Both the position numbers and the translations under genes were made by a program. The notes beneath the pieces are model-generated. The model ran no database searches. It had not been told where the DNA came from and saw only the letters and a program-made list of their open reading frames with translations. This document shows positions 57,421 to 64,000 of a stretch of 64,000 bases of DNA, in pieces. Each line of letters starts with the position of its first letter. The first letter of the stretch is position 1. This DNA comes from Eledone cirrhosa (lineage: Eukaryota), in NCBI GenBank assembly GCA_964016885.1, contig OZ024760.1:27094001-27158000 (forward strand), in the 5' to 3' direction.

Positions 57421-60400
57421 GAGAATCTAATTGTAATACGTGACGTATTCTATTCTATAGCGATTAGGTCTTCAAAATGTTTATTATAAACATACAGAAT
57501 ATTTTCGAATATTCTATGTCTATATTCATATATATATCGCTATTTCAGAGCATTTATTCCAATTTCTAATTTCTGCCGGACCGGCAACCGCTCTTTCAAA
57601 CCAGTTCCTGTACACAGCTAAGTATTCTATAAGTCTCTAGCTGTGTCATTCTCGATAAAAGCACTGGATATGTAGTCCTGATGAATTCTAACAAGAATGA
57701 AACGCGTAGATTACTTCCCTTGCTTTTATCGAGAATCTAATTGTAATACGTGACGTATTCTATTCTATAGCGATTAGGTCTTCAAAATGTTTATTATAAA
57801 CATACAGAATATTTTCGAATATTCTATGTCTATATTCATATATATATCGCTATTTCAGAGCATTTATTCCAATTTCTAATTTCTGCCGGACCGGCAACCG
57901 CTCTTTCAAACCAGTTCCTGTACACAGCTAAGTATTCTATAAGTCTCTAGCTGTGTCATTCTCGATAAAAGCACTGGATATGTAGTCCTGATGAATTCTA
58001 ACAAGAATGAAACGCGTAGATTACTTCCCTTGCTTTTATCGAGAATCTAATTGTAATACGTGACGTATTCTATTCTATAGCGATTAGGTCTTCAAAATGT
58101 TTATTATAAACATACAGAATATTTTCGAATATTCTATGTCTATATTCATATATATATCGCTATTTCAGAGCATTTATTCCAATTTCTAATTTCTGCCGGA
58201 CCGGCAACCGCTCTTTCAAACCAGTTCCTGTACACAGCTAAGTATTCTATAAGTCTCTAGCTGTGTCATTCTCGATAAAAGCACTGGATATGTAGTCCTG
58301 ATGAATTCTAACAAGAATGAAACGCGTAGATTACTTCCCTTGCTTTTATCGAGAATCTAATTGTAATACGTGACGTATTCTATTCTATAGCGATTAGGTC
58401 TTCAAAATGTTTATTATAAACATACAGAATATTTTCGAATATTCTATGTCTATATTCATATATATATCGCTATTTCAGAGCATTTATTCCAATTTCTAAT
58501 TTCTGCCGGACCGGCAACCGCTCTTTCAAACCAGTTCCTGTACACAGCTAAGTATTCTATAAGTCTCTAGCTGTGTCATTCTCGATAAAAGCACTGGATA
58601 TGTAGTCCTGATGAATTCTAACAAGAATGAAACGCGTAGATTACTTCCCTTGCTTTTATCGAGAATCTAATTGTAATACGTGACGTATTCTATTCTATAG
58701 CGATTAGGTCTTCAAAATGTTTATTATAAACATACAGAATATTTTCGAATATTCTATGTCTATATTCATATATATATCGCTATTTCAGAGCATTTATTCC
58801 AATTTCTAATTTCTGCCGGACCGGCAACCGCTCTTTCAAACCAGTTCCTGTACACAGCTAAGTATTCTATAAGTCTCTAGCTGTGTCATTCTCGATAAAA
58901 GCACTGGATATGTAGTCCTGATGAATTCTAACAAGAATGAAACGCGTAGATTACTTCCCTTGCTTTTATCGAGAATCTAATTGTAATACGTGACGTATTC
59001 TATTCTATAGCGATTAGGTCTTCAAAATGTTTATTATAAACATACAGAATATTTTCGAATATTCTATGTCTATATTCATATATATATCGCTATTTCAGAG
59101 CATTTATTCCAATTTCTAATTTCTGCCGGACCGGCAACCGCTCTTTCGAACCAGTTCCTGTACACAGCTAAGTATTCTATAAGTCTCTAGCTGTGTCATT
59201 CTCGATAAAAGCACTGGATATGTAGTCCTGATGAATTCTAACAAGAATGAAACGCGTAGATTACTTCCCTTGCTTTTATCGAGAATCTAATTGTAATACG
59301 TGACGTATTCTATTCTATAGCGATTAGGTCTTCAAAATGTTTATTATAAACATACAGAATATTTTCGAATATTCTATGTCTATATTCATATATATATCGC
59401 TATTTCAGAGCATTTATTCCAATTTCTAATTTCTGCCGGACCGGCAACCGCTCTTTCAAACCAGTTCCTGTACACAGCTAAGTATTCTATAAGTCTCTAG
59501 CTGTGTCATTCTCGATAAAAGCACTGGATATGTAGTCCTGATGAATTCTAACAAGAATGAAACGCGTAGATTACTTCCCTTGCTTTTATCGAGAATCTAA
59601 TTGTAATACGTGACGTATTCTATTCTATAGCGATTAGGTCTTCAAAATGTTTATTATAAACATACAGAATATTTTCGAATATTCTATGTCTATATTCATA
59701 TATATATCGCTATTTCAGAGCATTTATTCCAATTTCTAATTTCTGCCGGACCGGCAACCGCTCTTTCAAACCAGTTCCTGTACACAGCTAAGTATTCTAT
59801 AAGTCTCTAGCTGTGTCATTCTCGATAAAAGCACTGGATATGTAGTCCTGATGAATTCTAACAAGAATGAAACGCGTAGATTACTTCCCTTGCTTTTATC
59901 GAGAATCTAATTGTAATACGTGACGTATTCTATTCTATAGCGATTAGGTCTTCAAAATGTTTATTATAAACATACAGAATATTTTCGAATATTCTATGTC
60001 TATATTCATATATATATCGCTATTTCAGAGCATTTATTCCAATTTCTAATTTCTGCCGGACCGGCAACCGCTCTTTCAAACCAGTTCCTGTACACAGCTA
60101 AGTATTCTATAAGTCTCTAGCTGTGTCATTCTCGATAAAAGCACTGGATATGTAGTCCTGATGAATTCTAACAAGAATGAAACGCGTAGATTACTTCCCT
60201 TGCTTTTATCGAGAATCTAATTGTAATACGTGACGTATTCTATTCTATAGCGATTAGGTCTTCAAAATGTTTATTATAAACATACAGAATATTTTCGAAT
60301 ATTCTATGTCTATATTCATATATATATCGCTATTTCAGAGCATTTATTCCAATTTCTAATTTCTGCCGGACCGGCAACCGCTCTTTCAAACCAGTTCCTG

Positions 60401-61902
60401 TACACAGCTAAGTATTCTATAAGTCTCTAGCTGTGTCATTCTCGATAAAAGCACTGGATATGTAGTCCTGATGAATTCTAACAAGAATGAAACGCGTAGA
60501 TTACTTCCCTTGCTTTTATCGAGAATCTAATTGTAATACGTGACGTATTCTATTCTATAGCGATTAGGTCTTCAAAATGTTTATTATAAACATACAGAAT
60601 ATTTTCGAATATTCTATGTCTATATTCATATATATATCGCTATTTCAGAGCATTTATTCCAATTTCTAATTTCTGCCGGACCGGCAACCGCTCTTTCAAA
60701 CCAGTTCCTGTACACAGCTAAGTATTCTATAAGTCTCTAGCTGTGTCATTCTCGATAAAAGCACTGGATATGTAGTCCTGATGAATTCTAACAAGAATGA
60801 AACGCGTAGATTACTTCCCTTGCTTTTATCGAGAATCTAATTGTAATACGTGACGTATTCTATTCTATAGCGATTAGGTCTTCAAAATGTCTATTATAAA
60901 CATACAGAATATTTTCGAATATTCTATGTCTATATTCATATATATATCGCTATTTCAGAGCATTTATTCCAATTTCTAATTTCTGCCGGACCGGCAACCG
61001 CTCTTTCAAACCAGTTCCTGTACACAGCTAAGTATTCTATAAGTCTCTAGCTGTGTCATTCTCGATAAAAGCACTGGATATGTAGTCCTGATGAATTCTA
61101 ACAAGAATGAAACGCGTAGATTACTTCCCTTGCTTTTATCGAGAATCTAATTGTAATACGTGACGTATTCTATTCTATAGCGATTAGGTCTTCAAAATGT
61201 TTATTATAAACATACAGAATATTTTCGAATATTCTATGTCTATATTCATATATATATCGCTATTTCAGAGCATTTATTCCAATTTCTAATTTCTGCCGGA
61301 CCGGCAACCGCTCTTTCAAACCAGTTCCTGTACACAGCTAAGTATTCTATAAGTCTCTAGCTGTGTCATTCTCGATAAAAGCACTGGATATGTAGTCCTG
61401 ATGAATTCTAACAAGAATGAAACGCGTAGATTACTTCCCTTGCTTTTATCGAGAATCTAATTGTAATACGTGACGTATTCTATTCTATAGCGATTAGGTC
61501 TTCAAAATGTTTATTATAAACATACAGAATATTTTCGAATATTCTATGTCTATATTCATATATATATCGCTATTTCAGAGCATTTATTCCAATTTCTAAT
61601 TTCTGCCGGACCGGCAACCGCTCTTTCAAACCAGTTCCTGTACACAGCTAAGTATTCTATAAGTCTCTAGCTGTGTCATTCTCGATAAAAGCACTGCATA
61701 TGTAGTCCTGATGAATTCTAACAAGAATGAAACGCGTAGATTACTTCCCTTGCTTTTATCGAGAATCTAATTGTAATACGTGACGTATTCTATTCTATAG
61801 CGATTAGGTCTTCAAAATGTTTATTATAAACATACAGAATATTTTCGAATATTCTATGTCTATATTCATATATATATCGCTATTTCAGAGCATTTATTCC
61901 AA
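57421..61902 (+). mobile_element. Second array of the 310-bp hammerhead repeat, ~14.5 units, 14 ribozymes
   Basis: Same unit; cores from 57678 to 61708 in steps of 310. Flanked by (TA)n/TAAT tracts. Confidence 0.92.
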
Positions 61903-61906
61903 AATA

Positions 61907-61958
<52 letters not shown>

Positions 61959-62216
61959 TATATATATATAAATAATTATATATATATATATTATTATATA
62001 TATATATATATATATATATAATTATATATATATATAAATAATTATATATATATATATTATTATATATATATATATATATATAATTATATATATATATATT
62101 ATTATATATATATATAAATAATTATATATATATATATTATTATATATATATATAATTATATATATATATATATATATATAAATAATTATATATATATATA
62201 TTATTATATATATATA

Positions 62217-62275
<59 letters not shown>

Positions 62276-62343
62276 TTATATATATATATATACATAGGGA
62301 AAGTATATACTTTCGGACGTTCAACTCTCTGGCAGGAAGGTAT

Positions 62344-62386
62344 ACGTTGCTGACGATAGCTAACAGGCTTGAAACTAGTACAGCGT
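62344..62386 (+). ncRNA. Type I hammerhead motif
   Basis: ACGTTG CTGACGA TAGCT AACA GGCTT GAAA CTAG TA CAGCGT; palindromic stem III ACTAGT. Confidence 0.75.
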
Positions 62387-64000
62387 TCCTTTGTCAGTGT
62401 TGAACAAGCGAACAACGGTGGTTGCTAGACACTACGGCTTAATTGAGGATGTTTGTTTACAAACACACCGAGCATTATAATAAATGCTTGGTGAATCCAT
62501 ACGTACATATATATATGTGTGCATGTATGTATATATATATATACATACTACTGTACGTCTGTATACATATATGTATGTACGTGTACATACTTATATTTAA
62601 GTAATAGCCGTACTAAGAGTGGGAAATGAAATTTCGTTTCATTTTTTCCGTATATAGATATAATTATATATATATATATATATAATTATATATATACATA
62701 TATAATTATATATATATAATTATATATATATATATATAATTATATATATATATATAATTATATATATATATATAATTATATATATATATATAAATATCTA
62801 TATATATATATAATTATATATATATATAATTATATATATATATATAATTATATATATATATATATAATTATATATATATATATAATTACATATATATATA
62901 CATAATTATATAGATATATATAATTATATATATATATACATAATTATATAGATATATATATAATTATATATATATATATATAATTATATATATATATAAA
63001 TTATATATATATAATTATATATTTCGTTTCTGAATTTGTTTAGCAAGATTCTTTATCTGAAAACGTGTGTTGAAACCGATATTGTTATACTTGGGGGGGG
63101 GGGGGGTCTAATTGCCAATAAGAAACACACGCACCAGTTGCTTTCACTTCAATTTATTATAATAAATTGAAGTGAATGCAACTGGTGCGTGTGTTTCTTA
63201 TTGGCAACATGACCCTCCCAAAGTATAACAATATAATTATATATATATAATTATATAAGTTAAAACAATGAAATAAAAAATCAAGTCATTAGAGATATAC
63301 TTCACTGCTTTACGATCCTTTCTAGATGGTGATAATACATTGTATCTATACTCAGTTATTGATCTATGTAAGTTTACAAACTATCAGATAGAGAGAATAT
63401 TTACTTACATGCATATCACCAGTTGTTTTCAAAAGCAATAATAATTTTATTCAATAATAATTTTACTCAGAATTAGTATCATGTCCATATTTGGAGGTAG
63501 TTGAAGAACTAACGAATCAAATTGTTTTCTTTCATATGGTGTTAAGATGAAAAGTAATAGACTTTAGTTGAGGTCATGACCCTTTGAAAGGAATGGTTGA
63601 AAGGTGTTAGTAGAAATGGCATAAAAATCTATAAGGAAGGGGGTTGTCAAACTGATTGTTGAATGTATCTTGTATAGTGAATTTAAAAGGAATGTCAAAA
63701 TAAATGGTAATTAGTGTTGTATTGAGTTTCAAGGTGAATATAAATTAATGTTATGGCTAGGAAAGATAGTATATTAAAAGTGAAAATTAGAATAAGATAA
63801 TGAGATATAGTAATGTGATAATATACAACTTAACCAACACAATATAGTATGGTGTGGTAAATTGCACTCAGTATAATATAACTTATTATACACTCTAAAA
63901 TATTACTAAGTATGTTTATGCATAAACTATCAAACTCAAATAAGTACATGTTGGCATAGTTAAAACACATAAATTTCATAGTCTACAAAGTGCATATATT

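Overview
Eukaryotic, very repeat-rich, AT-rich genomic DNA. The repeat families and large (TA)n tracts suggest a mollusc, probably an octopod cephalopod (inference). 1-19 kb holds the last seven coding exons of a plus-strand Na+-coupled SLC4 bicarbonate transporter gene, with GT-AG introns full of tRNA-derived SINEs, MITEs, a small Helitron and several minisatellites; three of the minisatellites are amplified pieces of LINE coding sequence. 20-64 kb is intergenic, with decayed RTE-type LINEs, Penelope-like elements (PLEs) and kilobase-scale (TA)n tracts. The most striking feature is a 310-bp unit carrying a minimal type I hammerhead ribozyme (palindromic stem III). It forms two near-identical tandem arrays: 41.2-46.1 kb, which contains a 1.8-kb-arm palindrome, and 57.4-61.9 kb. 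Together they hold 30 ribozyme copies, and both sit in (TA)n tracts on either side of a PLE, which fits a non-LTR retrozyme (circular-RNA retroelement) system. About ten further hammerhead motifs from several different families are scattered through the window. The poly-YI/FI 'ORFs' in the ORF track are microsatellite artefacts. All motifs and coordinates were read by eye.
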